NCBI GenBank assembly: GCA_049840735.1
Contig: JASGJN010000020.1
Location: 736,001-800,000 of the forward strand
DNA length: 64,000 nt
Direction: 5' to 3'
Origin: Anaeromyxobacter sp.
GTDB lineage: Bacteria > Myxococcota > Myxococcia > Myxococcales > Anaeromyxobacteraceae
Shown here: piece by piece, positions 51,890 to 61,619 of the stretch
Layout: the number at the start of each line of letters is the position of its first letter
Position numbering within the stretch: position 1 is the first letter of the stretch
Notes under the pieces: generated by a model
The model's input: the letters and a program-made list of their open reading frames with translations, nothing else
Databases searched by the model: none
What the model was told of the DNA's origin: nothing
Made by a program: the position numbers and the translations under genes

Positions 51890-54478
51890 ATGATCCGCGC
51901 CGTCCCCCTCGCGTTCGCCCTGGCCCTCGCGCTCCTGGGCGCGTCCCCTGCCCGCGCGGAGGCACCCCCGGGACCCGCCGGACCGGGCGCGCTCACCCGC
52001 GCCCCGGAGGTGATCGCCCCGGCCGAGCCCGACTACCCCGCCGAAGCCCGATCCGCGGGGTTGGAGGGCGAGGTCACGCTGGAGCTGGAGCTCTCCGAGG
52101 CCGGCGCCGTCACCGACGCGGTGGTGGTGAGCCCGGCCGGCCACGGCTTCGACGAGGCCGCGCTGGAGGCGGCCCGCCGGCTGCGCTTCTCGCCCGCCGA
52201 GATCGACGGCCGGCCCGCTGCGGTCCGGATCGCCTACCGCTTCACCTTCGCCCTGGCGCCTGCCGCGGCCGCGGCACCGCCGCCGGTCAACCTGCGCGGC
52301 CAGGTGGTGGAGCGAGGCACGCGCCTGCCGGTGGCGGGGGCGCGGGTGACGGCCGGCGGCGCCTCCGCGTACACCGATCGCGACGGGCGCTTCGCCCTGG
52401 CCGGCGTGCCCGAGGGCACCGTGCAGGTGGTGGTGGAGGAGCCGGAGCACCGGCGCCTCGCCTCGCCGGAGGAGGTCCGGCCCGGGCAGGCCACGGAGGT
52501 GAAGTACTGGCTGGAGCGCACCGCCCAGGGCGCCTTCGAGGTGGTCGTCACCGGCAAGCGGGAGGAGAACGAGGTCTCGCACGTGGCCATCTCGGCCGGC
52601 GAGATCCGCCGCGTCCCGGGCGTGTCGGGCGACGCCGTGAAGGTCATCCAGAACCTGCCGGGCGTGGCGCGCACGCCGGGCTTCTCCGGCGACCTGGTGG
52701 TCCGCGGCGGCAACCCGCGCGACACGCGCGTCTACGTGGACGGCCACGAGGTGCCGCAGGTCTTCCACTTCGGTGGGCTGACCAGCGTCTACTCCTCCGA
52801 GCTCATCAAGGACGTGGAGTTCGAGGCCGGCAACTTCGGCGTCCGGTACGGCCGCGCCATCGGCGGCCGCGTGAACCTCGTCACCCGTGATCCCGGCGAG
52901 CGGACCCACGCGCTCGCCGACGTGAACCTGTACCACGCCACCGGCCTCTACGAGGGGCGGCCGCGGGAGGACCTGGGGCTGGCCCTGGCGGCGCGCCGCT
53001 CCTACGCCGACGCGGTCCTGACCCGCGCGGCCGAGTCGATGACCGACGGGCCCACGCTCTCGGTCGCGCCCCGCTACTACGACCTGCAGGCCAAGGCCGC
53101 CTGGAAGGCGGGCCCGGCCGACACGCTGCGGCTCGACGCCTTCGGCTCGGACGACCGGATGGTGCTGACCGGCCTGCGCCTGGATGACAGCGTGCAGCAC
53201 CTCGACAGCTTCGAGAACGGCACCCGGTTCTGGGCGGCGACCGCCCGCTGGGATCACCGGGCCAGCGAGGACACGCGGCTCGGGGTCGAGCTGGGGGGCG
53301 GCTACGCCGCGTACACCACCACCGTGGGCGACCAGTTCTCGGAGGATGACCAGGTGTGGTCGGGCACCTTCCGCGCCGAGGTGCGGCAGCGCCTGGGCGC
53401 GCGCGCCCGGGTGGTGACCGGCGTGGACGCGCTCTGGTACCCGCGCGCCCAGCTCTCGGTGACCGCGCCGGAGATCCCGCCCGCCGGCCAGGTCCCCGAT
53501 CCCTACTCGCCCTCGCGGATCTACGAAGACACCGCCACTGGCGGCGAGGCGGGCGTGTACGTCGAGGCCACGCTCGAGCCGGTGGACGGCCTGTTCGTCG
53601 TCCCGGGCGTCCGCGCCGACCTGCACCGGACCCTGGCCTCGCTCTCCTGGGTGGACCCGCGCCTGGCGGTGCGCTGGCAGGCCAGCCCGGGCACCGCCCT
53701 CAAGGCCGCGGCCGGCCTGTACCACCAGGCCCCGTCGCTGGTGTACCTGACCGAGCAGTGGGGCAATCCGGACCTGAAGGCCGAGGGCGCCTGGCAGTAC
53801 TCGGCTGGCGTGGAGCAACGGCTGACCCCGCAGCTCTCGCTCGATCTGCAGGTCTACTGGAAGCGGCTCTTCGACCTCGCGCTCCCGACCGACGCGACGG
53901 TGGTGCGCGGTGGCCAGGAGGAGCCGCTGCGCTACACCAGCGCCGGCAGCGGCGACGCCTATGGCGCCGAGGCGCTGCTGCGCTGGGACCCGGATGGCCG
54001 CTTCTTCGGGTGGGTCGCCTACTCGCTCTCGCGCACCCGCCGCGACCAGGCGGTGGCCGGCGGGCGCATCGAGGACGAAGGCGACGCCTACGACCAGCCC
54101 CATAACCTGGTGGCGGTGGGCACCTGGGAGCTGCCGGAGCTGTGGCGAGGGCTCTCCGCCGGGTTCCGCCTCCGCTACACCACCGGGAGCCCCTACGAGG
54201 CGATCCACGGCGCCGTCTACGACGCCGACGGGGACGCGTACCAGCCGCTGGAGTCGGGCAAGCGCGGCGAGCGGATGCCGGACTTCATCCAGCTCGACCT
54301 GCGCGCCGACAAGCGCTGGACGTTCCAGGCCTGGACCCTGTCCGCCTACCTGGAGATCCAGAACGCCACCAACCGGCAGAACGCCGAGGCCGTCTCCTAC
54401 GGCTACGACTACCGCCAGCGGGCCTGGGTGACCGGCCTGCCCATCTTCCCCGCCTTCGGCGTGCGCGCCGAGTACTGA
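51890..54478 (+). CDS. TonB-dependent receptor with N-terminal TonB_C and carboxypeptidase-regulatory-like domains
   Basis: Signal peptide; YPAEARSAGLEGEV TonB_C; plug IQNLPGV..LVVRGG..YVDG; barrel ending GVRAEY. Confidence 0.9.
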   Translation: MIRAVPLAFALALALLGASPARAEAPPGPAGPGALTRAPEVIAPAEPDYPAEARSAGLEGEVTLELELSEAGAVTDAVVVSPAGHGFDEAALEAARRLRFSPAEIDGRPAAVRIAYRFTFALAPAAAAAPPPVNLRGQVVERGTRLPVAGARVTAGGASAYTDRDGRFALAGVPEGTVQVVVEEPEHRRLASPEEVRPGQATEVKYWLERTAQGAFEVVVTGKREENEVSHVAISAGEIRRVPGVSGDAVKVIQNLPGVARTPGFSGDLVVRGGNPRDTRVYVDGHEVPQVFHFGGLTSVYSSELIKDVEFEAGNFGVRYGRAIGGRVNLVTRDPGERTHALADVNLYHATGLYEGRPREDLGLALAARRSYADAVLTRAAESMTDGPTLSVAPRYYDLQAKAAWKAGPADTLRLDAFGSDDRMVLTGLRLDDSVQHLDSFENGTRFWAATARWDHRASEDTRLGVELGGGYAAYTTTVGDQFSEDDQVWSGTFRAEVRQRLGARARVVTGVDALWYPRAQLSVTAPEIPPAGQVPDPYSPSRIYEDTATGGEAGVYVEATLEPVDGLFVVPGVRADLHRTLASLSWVDPRLAVRWQASPGTALKAAAGLYHQAPSLVYLTEQWGNPDLKAEGAWQYSAGVEQRLTPQLSLDLQVYWKRLFDLALPTDATVVRGGQEEPLRYTSAGSGDAYGAEALLRWDPDGRFFGWVAYSLSRTRRDQAVAGGRIEDEGDAYDQPHNLVAVGTWELPELWRGLSAGFRLRYTTGSPYEAIHGAVYDADGDAYQPLESGKRGERMPDFIQLDLRADKRWTFQAWTLSAYLEIQNATNRQNAEAVSYGYDYRQRAWVTGLPIFPAFGVRAEY

Positions 54479-54499
54479 CCCGCACCCCTGGAGAACGCC

Positions 54500-55603
54500 A
54501 TGAGGCCCACCCTCCCGCTCGTCGCCGCCGCGCTCCTCGCCGCCGGCTGCATGCCCGATCTCGACCCTGCCTCGGAGGTCACCGGGCTCCGCGTCCTGGC
54601 CGTGCGCGCCGAGCCGCCTGAGCTCGCCCCCGGTGCGGCCGGCGCGCCCGACCGGGCCACGCTCGGTGCGCTCGTCGTGCACCCCGCCTTCACCGCCGCG
54701 CCCGACCGGCGCGCCACCGTGCTCCACGTGGCCTGCACACCCGTCCCCGGCGACCCGAGCCCCTCGCCCTGCACGCAGCTCACCGAGCTGGCCGATCCGG
54801 TGGCACTGCTGGCGCTCGTGGATCCTTCCCAGGCCTGCGCCGCGCCCGGGACCGGCGCGGCAGGGGCCATCACGCTGGCCGGCCTGGAGGCGTGCGGCGC
54901 CCTGGGCTGCGAGCCGGTGGTGGTCCTGCGCGATCCGGCCGACGCCACCTCCGCGGTGACGCTCCCCGCGCCCGGCTACGCGCTGCCGGCCGGGTACACG
55001 CTGGACCTCCCGGCCGGAAACGCCCAGCGCGTGCTGGGGGTCCAGGTCGTGGACCTGGCGCTGGCCCTCGACGCCGGGCCGGAGGCGCTCGCGCCGGTCG
55101 AGCCGGCCGCGGACGCATGCGCGGCGCTGCTGGCCGTGGCGGAGCGGTTCGGAGCCGCCTGGGCCAGCTCCGAGCACGTCACTGCCCTCAAGCGGATCAC
55201 CGTCCGCGGGCCGGACGCGCCCTCGCCGCCCAACCGGAACCCGGAGCTCACCGGCGTCACGCTGGACGGCCGCGCCCTTCCCCTGCCCGGCCAGGCGCCG
55301 GCCTCGGTGGCTGCCGGGGTAGAGGCCGGCTTGCTGCCGGTGCTCCCTGGCGATCCGGACGCGCTGCGGGAGGAGTACGTGCGCTGCGACGCCGCCGGGA
55401 GGCCCATCGAGACGCGGCGGGAGGACTGGACCTTCTCCTGGTTCGCCACCGCCGGCGAGCTGCAGCACCTGCACACCTACGACGCGACCGAGGCCGACCG
55501 CTACACGGCGCCGGGCGAGGGCCAGGTGCTGGTCTGGGCCGTGGTCCGCGACCTGCGCGGCGGGGTGGCCTGGCGCGCCGCGGCGCTGGAGGTGGCGCGC
55601 TGA
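54500..55603 (+). CDS. Cys-containing lipoprotein associated with the TBDR
   Basis: Lipobox LLAAG-C; RVLAVRAEPPE, NRNP and VRDLRGG..W motifs. Confidence 0.8.
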   Translation: MRPTLPLVAAALLAAGCMPDLDPASEVTGLRVLAVRAEPPELAPGAAGAPDRATLGALVVHPAFTAAPDRRATVLHVACTPVPGDPSPSPCTQLTELADPVALLALVDPSQACAAPGTGAAGAITLAGLEACGALGCEPVVVLRDPADATSAVTLPAPGYALPAGYTLDLPAGNAQRVLGVQVVDLALALDAGPEALAPVEPAADACAALLAVAERFGAAWASSEHVTALKRITVRGPDAPSPPNRNPELTGVTLDGRALPLPGQAPASVAAGVEAGLLPVLPGDPDALREEYVRCDAAGRPIETRREDWTFSWFATAGELQHLHTYDATEADRYTAPGEGQVLVWAVVRDLRGGVAWRAAALEVAR

Positions 55604-55634
55604 GGTGATTCCCGCGCCCCGATCTTCACCCATC

Positions 55635-55662
55635 GTGGTAACGCGGGATGCCCACCCCGGTG
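55635..55662 (+). promoter_or_regulatory. Candidate ECF-sigma promoter, copy 2
   Basis: GTGGTAAC-N15-CGGTG about 50 nt upstream of the 55712 gene. Confidence 0.6.
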
Positions 55663-55711
55663 TTTCCACTCTGGACGGGCCGCTCCGGCCCGAGGAGAGG
55701 ACCCCGAAGCC

Positions 55712-56695
55712 ATGAGCCCCCGCACCTTGCTCGCCGCCCTGTCCACCCTGGCCGCCCTGCCCGCCCTGGGCCAGGAGGCCGCACCCGCCGCGGCGCCGCC
55801 GCGGCGCCACGTCACGGTGGACGTCTCGCTGGTCCCGGGCCTGAGCATCAACGGCGAGGGACCGGTGCTGAACAACCTCTCCCTCGGCCTGGTGGCCCAC
55901 TCCACCGAGCTGCGCGGCGTGGCCCTCGCCGCGGCCCACCTGGCCGACGGCGACGTGACCGGGCTCCAGTGGACCTGGGCGGCCTCCAGCGCCGGCGGCA
56001 CCGTCCGCGGCGTCCAGCTGGCCAGCTTCGCCAACGTGGCCGGCGACCTGCGCGGCCTGCAGTGGGGCGGCGTCAACGTGACACGCCGCGGCGTCGAGGG
56101 CGTGCAGCTGGCGGTGGTCAACGTGGGCGGCGAGGTGGCGGGCTCCCAGATCGGGCTCGTCAACGTGGCGCGCAAGGTCCACGGGCTGCAGCTCGGTGTG
56201 GTCAACGTGGCCCGCGAGGCGGACGGCTCGGTCGGTGCGCTGGCGCTGGTGGGCGACGGCCGGCACCAGGCCGAGTTGTTCGCGACCGAGTTGACCCCGC
56301 TCGCGGCCGGGGTGCGGCTGGGTGGCCGCCGCGCCTACGGCGTGCTCACCGGCGGCGTGCAGCCGGAGCAGCGCCCCTCCGGCCGCACGCTCTGGACCAC
56401 CGGTGGCGGCGGCGGCGTGGGCTTCCAGCCCACGGCGCGGCTCTCGCTCGACCTGGACCTGACCGGCCAGTGCCTCTGGCTCGACGACACCGCCGAGGGC
56501 GTGGTGGGAAGCCTCCGCGCCACCGCCGGGTGGCGCTTCACGCCCTGGCTGGCCGCCTTCGCCGGGCCGACCGCGAACGTGGTGATCTCCGACGAGGCGC
56601 AGCCCGACGTGGACCTGGGGACGCAGTTCGGTGAGGGGACGGGCAGGTACCAGCGGTACTGGTTCGGCTTCGTCGCGGGCCTGCGCGTCTTTTGA
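55712..56695 (+). CDS. Exported GxQxGxxN-repeat (LA_2272-like) protein with C-terminal beta-barrel
   Basis: Signal peptide; tandem G(L/V)Q(L/I)GxVNVA repeats; amphipathic strands ending GLRVF. Confidence 0.8.
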   Translation: MSPRTLLAALSTLAALPALGQEAAPAAAPPRRHVTVDVSLVPGLSINGEGPVLNNLSLGLVAHSTELRGVALAAAHLADGDVTGLQWTWAASSAGGTVRGVQLASFANVAGDLRGLQWGGVNVTRRGVEGVQLAVVNVGGEVAGSQIGLVNVARKVHGLQLGVVNVAREADGSVGALALVGDGRHQAELFATELTPLAAGVRLGGRRAYGVLTGGVQPEQRPSGRTLWTTGGGGGVGFQPTARLSLDLDLTGQCLWLDDTAEGVVGSLRATAGWRFTPWLAAFAGPTANVVISDEAQPDVDLGTQFGEGTGRYQRYWFGFVAGLRVF

Positions 56696-56810
56696 CCGCG
56701 CCGCCCATTCGCGTCGAGCCTCCGCTCGACCGGTGGCCGCCATGAGCACTGGCGGGATGGCGTGAGGAAGCGGTAGAACGGGCCCGTCCAGCGGGCCAGA
56801 GGAGGGCGAG

Positions 56811-57320
56811 GTGGCGGTCGACGTCGAGGCGTACTACCGGGACCTGGGTCCCATGGTGCTTCGCCGCTGCCGCCGCCTCCTCCGCGACGAGGAGAAGGCC
56901 GTGGACGCCATGCACGACACCTTCGTGAACCTGCTGCGCGCTGGGGACCGGCTGTCCCACCAGGCCCCGGCGTCGCTGCTCCTGCGCATCGCCACCCACG
57001 TCTGCCTCAACCGGCTGCGCTCCGAGCGACGCCACCCCGAGGATCGCGACGAGGAGGCGCTGCTCGCCATCGCGGCGGCCGAGGAGCCCGAGGCGCAGTC
57101 CCTGTCGCGCTTCGTGCTCCGGGACATCCTCGGCCGCGAGCCGGAGTCGACGCGGGTCATGGCCGTGCTCCATCACGTGGACGGCCTCACGCTCGAGGAG
57201 GTCGGGCGGGAGGTGGGGCTCTCGGCGGCGGCCGTGCGCAAGCGGCTCCGGGGCCTCAAGGCACGGGTGGCGGCGCTGGCGGCGTTGCCCGAGTCCCCTC
57301 CCGGCGCGGAGGTCGCATGA
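56811..57320 (+). CDS. ECF RNA polymerase sigma factor
   Basis: Region 2 DAMHDTF..LLRIATHVCLNRLR; region 4 DGLTLEEVGREVGLSAAAVRKRL; GGAGG RBS. Confidence 0.9.
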   Translation: MAVDVEAYYRDLGPMVLRRCRRLLRDEEKAVDAMHDTFVNLLRAGDRLSHQAPASLLLRIATHVCLNRLRSERRHPEDRDEEALLAIAAAEEPEAQSLSRFVLRDILGREPESTRVMAVLHHVDGLTLEEVGREVGLSAAAVRKRLRGLKARVAALAALPESPPGAEVA

Positions 57321-58114
57321 GCCCGCGCCGGCCCCCCACGCCCGACGTCCTGGTCGAGCGGCTCCACGCTGGCGACCTCTCCCCCGCGGAGGCGGTGCGC
57401 GTCCGCGCACGCCTCGAGGCCGAGGGCGGCCTGGACCGGCTGGCGGCGTTGGACCGCGACGCGGCCACCTTCCGCGAGGCCCACCCGCCCGGCCCGGGGC
57501 TGGCCGAGATCCGCCGCCGGGCCGGCCTGCGGACCGGCGCTGCGCCGCGCCCGCGGCGCCGCTGGGCCATCCCTGCCTTCACCCTGGCCGCGGCGGCGGC
57601 CGCCGCCGCGCTGCTCGCGGTGGTCCGCGCGCCGGGGCTGCCCGGGCCGGGCGGCGCCGCCGGCGAGGACACGCGGCTCAAGGGTCCCGGGCCGCACCTT
57701 CAGGTTCACCGGCGCGGGCCTGGCGACGTCCCGCAGCCGCTGCCCGACGGCGCCACGGCCCGGGCCGGCGACGTGCTGCAGCTCTCCTGCGTGGCGGCCG
57801 GTGGCGCGTTCGGCGTCGTGGTCTCGATCGACGGGCGCGGCACCGTCACGCTTCACCTGCCCGACGCCCCCGGGCCGGCTGCGCGGCTCGAGGCGCGCGG
57901 CGCGGTCCCGCTGCCGCACGCCTACGCGCTCGACGACGCGCCGCAGTTCGAGCGCTTCTTCCTCGTCACCTCGAACGCTCCCTTCGACGCCGAGCTGGCC
58001 CTCGCGGCCGCGCGCCGGCTGGCCGCCTCCGGGCGGGCCGACCGCGATCCGCTCCCAGTCCCGGCGCCGCTGGCCCAGCAGGGGTTCCTGCTGGTGAAGG
58101 CCCCGGCCCGATGA
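57317..58114 (+). CDS. Putative membrane anti-sigma factor (ActD/DUF4384-like)
   Basis: ASD-like N-terminus (LVERLHAGDL..VRARL), single TM, TRLKG, AGDVLQL..VVVSIDGRG..AYALDDAP.FERFF; ATGA overlap with the sigma gene. Confidence 0.75.
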   Translation: MSPRRPPTPDVLVERLHAGDLSPAEAVRVRARLEAEGGLDRLAALDRDAATFREAHPPGPGLAEIRRRAGLRTGAAPRPRRRWAIPAFTLAAAAAAAALLAVVRAPGLPGPGGAAGEDTRLKGPGPHLQVHRRGPGDVPQPLPDGATARAGDVLQLSCVAAGGAFGVVVSIDGRGTVTLHLPDAPGPAARLEARGAVPLPHAYALDDAPQFERFFLVTSNAPFDAELALAAARRLAASGRADRDPLPVPAPLAQQGFLLVKAPAR

Positions 58115-60244
58115 TCCCTTCGCGCTCCCTGCGCCTCGCCCTGGCTGCGCTGGCCACCGCCGCCGGGCTCTCGGCTGGCCCCGCGGCCGGGCAGGCCGCG
58201 CCGCTCGCCATCCGCCGCCTCGCCCTGGTGACCGGCGCCAACGACGGCGGCCCGGAGCGCGCGCGGCTGCGCTACGCCATCAGCGACGCCGAGCGGTTCG
58301 CCCGCGTGCTGCAGCAGATGGGCGGCGTGGCCGGCCCGGACCTCATCCTGCTGCTCGACCCGGACGCCGCCGGGCTCCGCGCCGCCATGGCCGACCTGAA
58401 GCGGCGGGTGGGGCGGTCGGCGGCGGAGGCGCGGACGGAGGTCATCCTCTACTACTCCGGCCACTCCGACGAGGACGGGCTCCTGCTCCGGGGCGACCGG
58501 ATCCCCTACCGTGAGCTGCGGGCCTGGCTGGAGGGGACAGGCGCGGGGGTCCGCATCGGAATCCTCGACTCCTGCGCCTCCGGCAACTTCACCCGCGGCA
58601 AGGGCGGGATCCGGACGACGCCCTTCCTGGTGGACGCCTCGACGCAGGTCTCGGGGCAGGTGATCCTCACCTCGTCGTCGGCCGACGAGGCCTCCCAGGA
58701 GTCGGACCGGATCGGCGCCTCCTTCTTCACCCATTACCTCGTCACCGGCCTGCGCGGCGCCGCCGACGCCAGCCGCGACGGCAAGGTCACGCTCTCCGAG
58801 GTCTACCAGTTCGCGTTCCACGAGACGCTGGCCCGCACCGAGCGGACGCGCAGCGGCCCGCAGCACCCGGCCTGGGACATCGCGCTGGTGGGCGCCGGGG
58901 ACGTGGTCATGACGGATCTGCGCGGGACCGGCGCCACCCTGGTGCTGCCGGCGCCGGTGGTGGGCCGCTTCTTCGTGCGCGACGCCGGGGAGCGGCTGGT
59001 GGCCGAGCTGCGCAAGGAGGCGGGCGAGCCGGTTCTCGCTGGCGCTCGATCCCGGCAACTACCGCGTGACGCGCGAGACCGACGGGCTCCTGGTCGAGGC
59101 GCGGCTCTCGCTGGGGAGCGGCGCCACCGAGCTGCCGCGCCAGGGGTTCGAGCCGGTGCCGCGCGAGCGGACGGCCATGCGCGGTGACCAGGTGGAGGAC
59201 CTCGCCCGGATCCCGGTCGATTCTCGAATCTTCCCGCCGGTCTCGCTCAACGGCGACCGGTACGTGGAGAACCGGCTGCAGCTGGGGCTCATCGCCTCCC
59301 GCACCACCCGCCTGCGCGGCCTGGGGCTGGCGCCCGTGCTCTGGGCCGACGAGGACGTGATGGGGGCCCAGCTCGCCTACATCGGCAACTCGGCGCGGGG
59401 GAAGGTGACCGGCGTGCAGGGGGCGACGGTGGCCAACGTCTCCGGCCCGCTCTCCGGCCTGCAGGTGGCCACCGGCCTCAACCTGGCGCGCGGTCCGGTG
59501 TACGGGATGCAGCTGGCCACATTCGCGAGCTGGGCCACCGACCACGTGCACGGCGCCCAGGCGGCGGTGTTCCTCGACTACGCGCACCAGCTGACCGGGG
59601 TCCAGGTGGCCACGGTCTCCATCGCCGAGCAGGTGCAGGGTGGCCAGGTCGGGCTCGTGAACGTGGCGGACGACGCCCAGGGGGCGCAGGTAGGGCTCGT
59701 CAACGTGGCGCTCCGGGCGCGCGGCACGCAGGTGGGGCTGATCAATGTGGCCGGCGAGCTGGACGGCGCGCCGGTGGGGCTGCTCTCGCTGGCCGGCAAC
59801 GGCGAGCAGAAGGTGCTGCTCCTGGGCGACGAGAGCGGGATGCTCGGCGCCGCCGCGCTGCTGGGCAGCCAGACTTTCCACACGCTCCTCGTGGGCAGCG
59901 TCCAGCAGGCCGGTGACGGCCCTCGCACCTGGGCCGGGCTGGGGCTGGGCACACACGCAGCGAGGGGGCGGCTCCTGCTGGACGTCGACCTCGTGGCCCA
60001 GGCGGCGCAGGGCGTCTCGCAAGAGAACGTGCTCGTCACGGCGCGCGCGCTCGTGGGCTGGTCGCTCCGGCCTCCGGGGACGTGGGGGGCGGCGCTGGTG
60101 GCCGGCCCCACCGTGAACGGCTTCTTCGCCGAGGAGGGGTTCGACCCGGGGCTCGGGAGCCCGTTCTCCTGGCGCTTCGGCGGCGGCGACGGGACCGCTC
60201 GCGGCTGGCTCGGTTTCCAGATCGGCCTGCGCGCCGGCCGCTGA
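58111..60244 (+). CDS. Exported caspase-family (C14) protease fused to GxQ repeats and a beta-barrel-like domain (frameshift ~59030)
   Basis: Signal peptide; YYSGH and ILDSC catalytic dyad; SQES..SFFTHYLVTGLRGAAD..DG.VTL.E.Y; C-terminal half in frame 59066..60244. Confidence 0.85.
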
Positions 60245-60459
60245 GGTGGGGGCGCGGCGCGTCCCGTCATCGCGCGGCGGTCCCGGCAGTTCCTTCGCGC
60301 GAGTTCGGACGCGCCGGGCTCGGCTCTGCGTAGCTCAATCCCTTGGCCACGGAGCCGTGCAGCTCCAGAGCGCGCGGCGGTGGCGATCGCTCCTCACCAT
60401 CACGCACGATGGCCGGCGTGGACGCGGGAGCGGGGCCATCCCGCGGGGGTGTCACTCCC

Positions 60460-61407
60460 TCACGGGAGCACCCGCACGATCACCGCAGGCGAGGCGACCC
60501 GCAGGTCGCCGCTCTCGAAGTCGAGATCCACGTTGCCGTCTGCGTTCGCGTAGCTCACGCCGAGCACGACGTCGAGGACGGCCACGCCCTGGGGCGGGAC
60601 GAGGAACGTCTCGTAGCGGAGGTCGAAGCCGCGGAACACCGCGTCGCTGGAGACCGCGCCCACGTCCATGATGGCCCAGGGCGTCTCGAGCCGGCGGGAG
60701 AAGGCAGGCAGGGACTGGTTCGGCTCGGGCATGGGGACCGTGGGCGGCTGGTTCCACCACTCCCAGAGCTGGAGCCGCGCCGTGAGGTTCACCTGGCTGC
60801 TGGCCTCGCCACCCCAGCCGCCGTCCGCGCCCATCTGCACGACCCCGTTCAGCACCAGGAATCCGTCCACCTGGACGACCCGGAACCGATCGTCGAGGTT
60901 CTGCCACAGATACGAGAAGACGACGTCGCCGGCGCCGCTCCCGCTGGACGTCTCGCGGAACTTGACCCAGGTGTCCAGGGGAGCGTCGTGGCGGCCGGAG
61001 AGCCGGAGGTCGCGGGTGGCCACGACCTCGAACGGCGCCTGCAGCAGGTGGCTCTCGGCCACGCCGGGGGCCTGCTCGAGTTGGTGAGCCCGATCGACCG
61101 CCGCCGCGCGCGCGGCGGACGTCGCGGGTCCGGCACCCTCCAGCGCCTCCACCCGGAACCGCTCGGCGTCGCGGCGCGCGCGGGCCTGGTGCTGCTCGCG
61201 CAGCTTCTCCACGGGGGTGAGGTCGTACCCGGACTGGGCGAGGTGCGCGGCGAGAAGCTGGCCCGCCGACCGCTGGGCGGCCCGCGACGCCACCTCGCCC
61301 GGCGCCGGGATGGCCGGATCGTCGCGCAGGGCGGCCCGGCTCCTGACGGCGGCCATGATGGCCTTCACCTGGGACGTCTCGGGCAAGCGCTTCGGCACGG
61401 CCTCCAT
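60460..61407 (-). CDS. Hypothetical protein
   Basis: GAGGACGAG RBS before MEAVPKR; coding-like GC3 bias; beta-rich C-terminal half. Confidence 0.7.
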   Translation of the reverse strand: MEAVPKRLPETSQVKAIMAAVRSRAALRDDPAIPAPGEVASRAAQRSAGQLLAAHLAQSGYDLTPVEKLREQHQARARRDAERFRVEALEGAGPATSAARAAAVDRAHQLEQAPGVAESHLLQAPFEVVATRDLRLSGRHDAPLDTWVKFRETSSGSGAGDVVFSYLWQNLDDRFRVVQVDGFLVLNGVVQMGADGGWGGEASSQVNLTARLQLWEWWNQPPTVPMPEPNQSLPAFSRRLETPWAIMDVGAVSSDAVFRGFDLRYETFLVPPQGVAVLDVVLGVSYANADGNVDLDFESGDLRVASPAVIVRVLP

Positions 61408-61619
61408 CTCGTCCTCCCGGGCCCTCACCGGATGGTGCGGGACGCTCGTACGATCCACCACGGGTGCGGGCGGCGGCACCTCCCGCGATGAAGTCACCCG
61501 TGAGCAGGGGAGAGCGCCTCTCCAACCTGGGCTACGCCGGCGAGCGCTCGGGACCTGGCCGATCGCTTGCGCGCTCCGCCCGCTGGAGGGGATGAGCGAC
61601 GCTCTCCGCTCGCAGTTCC

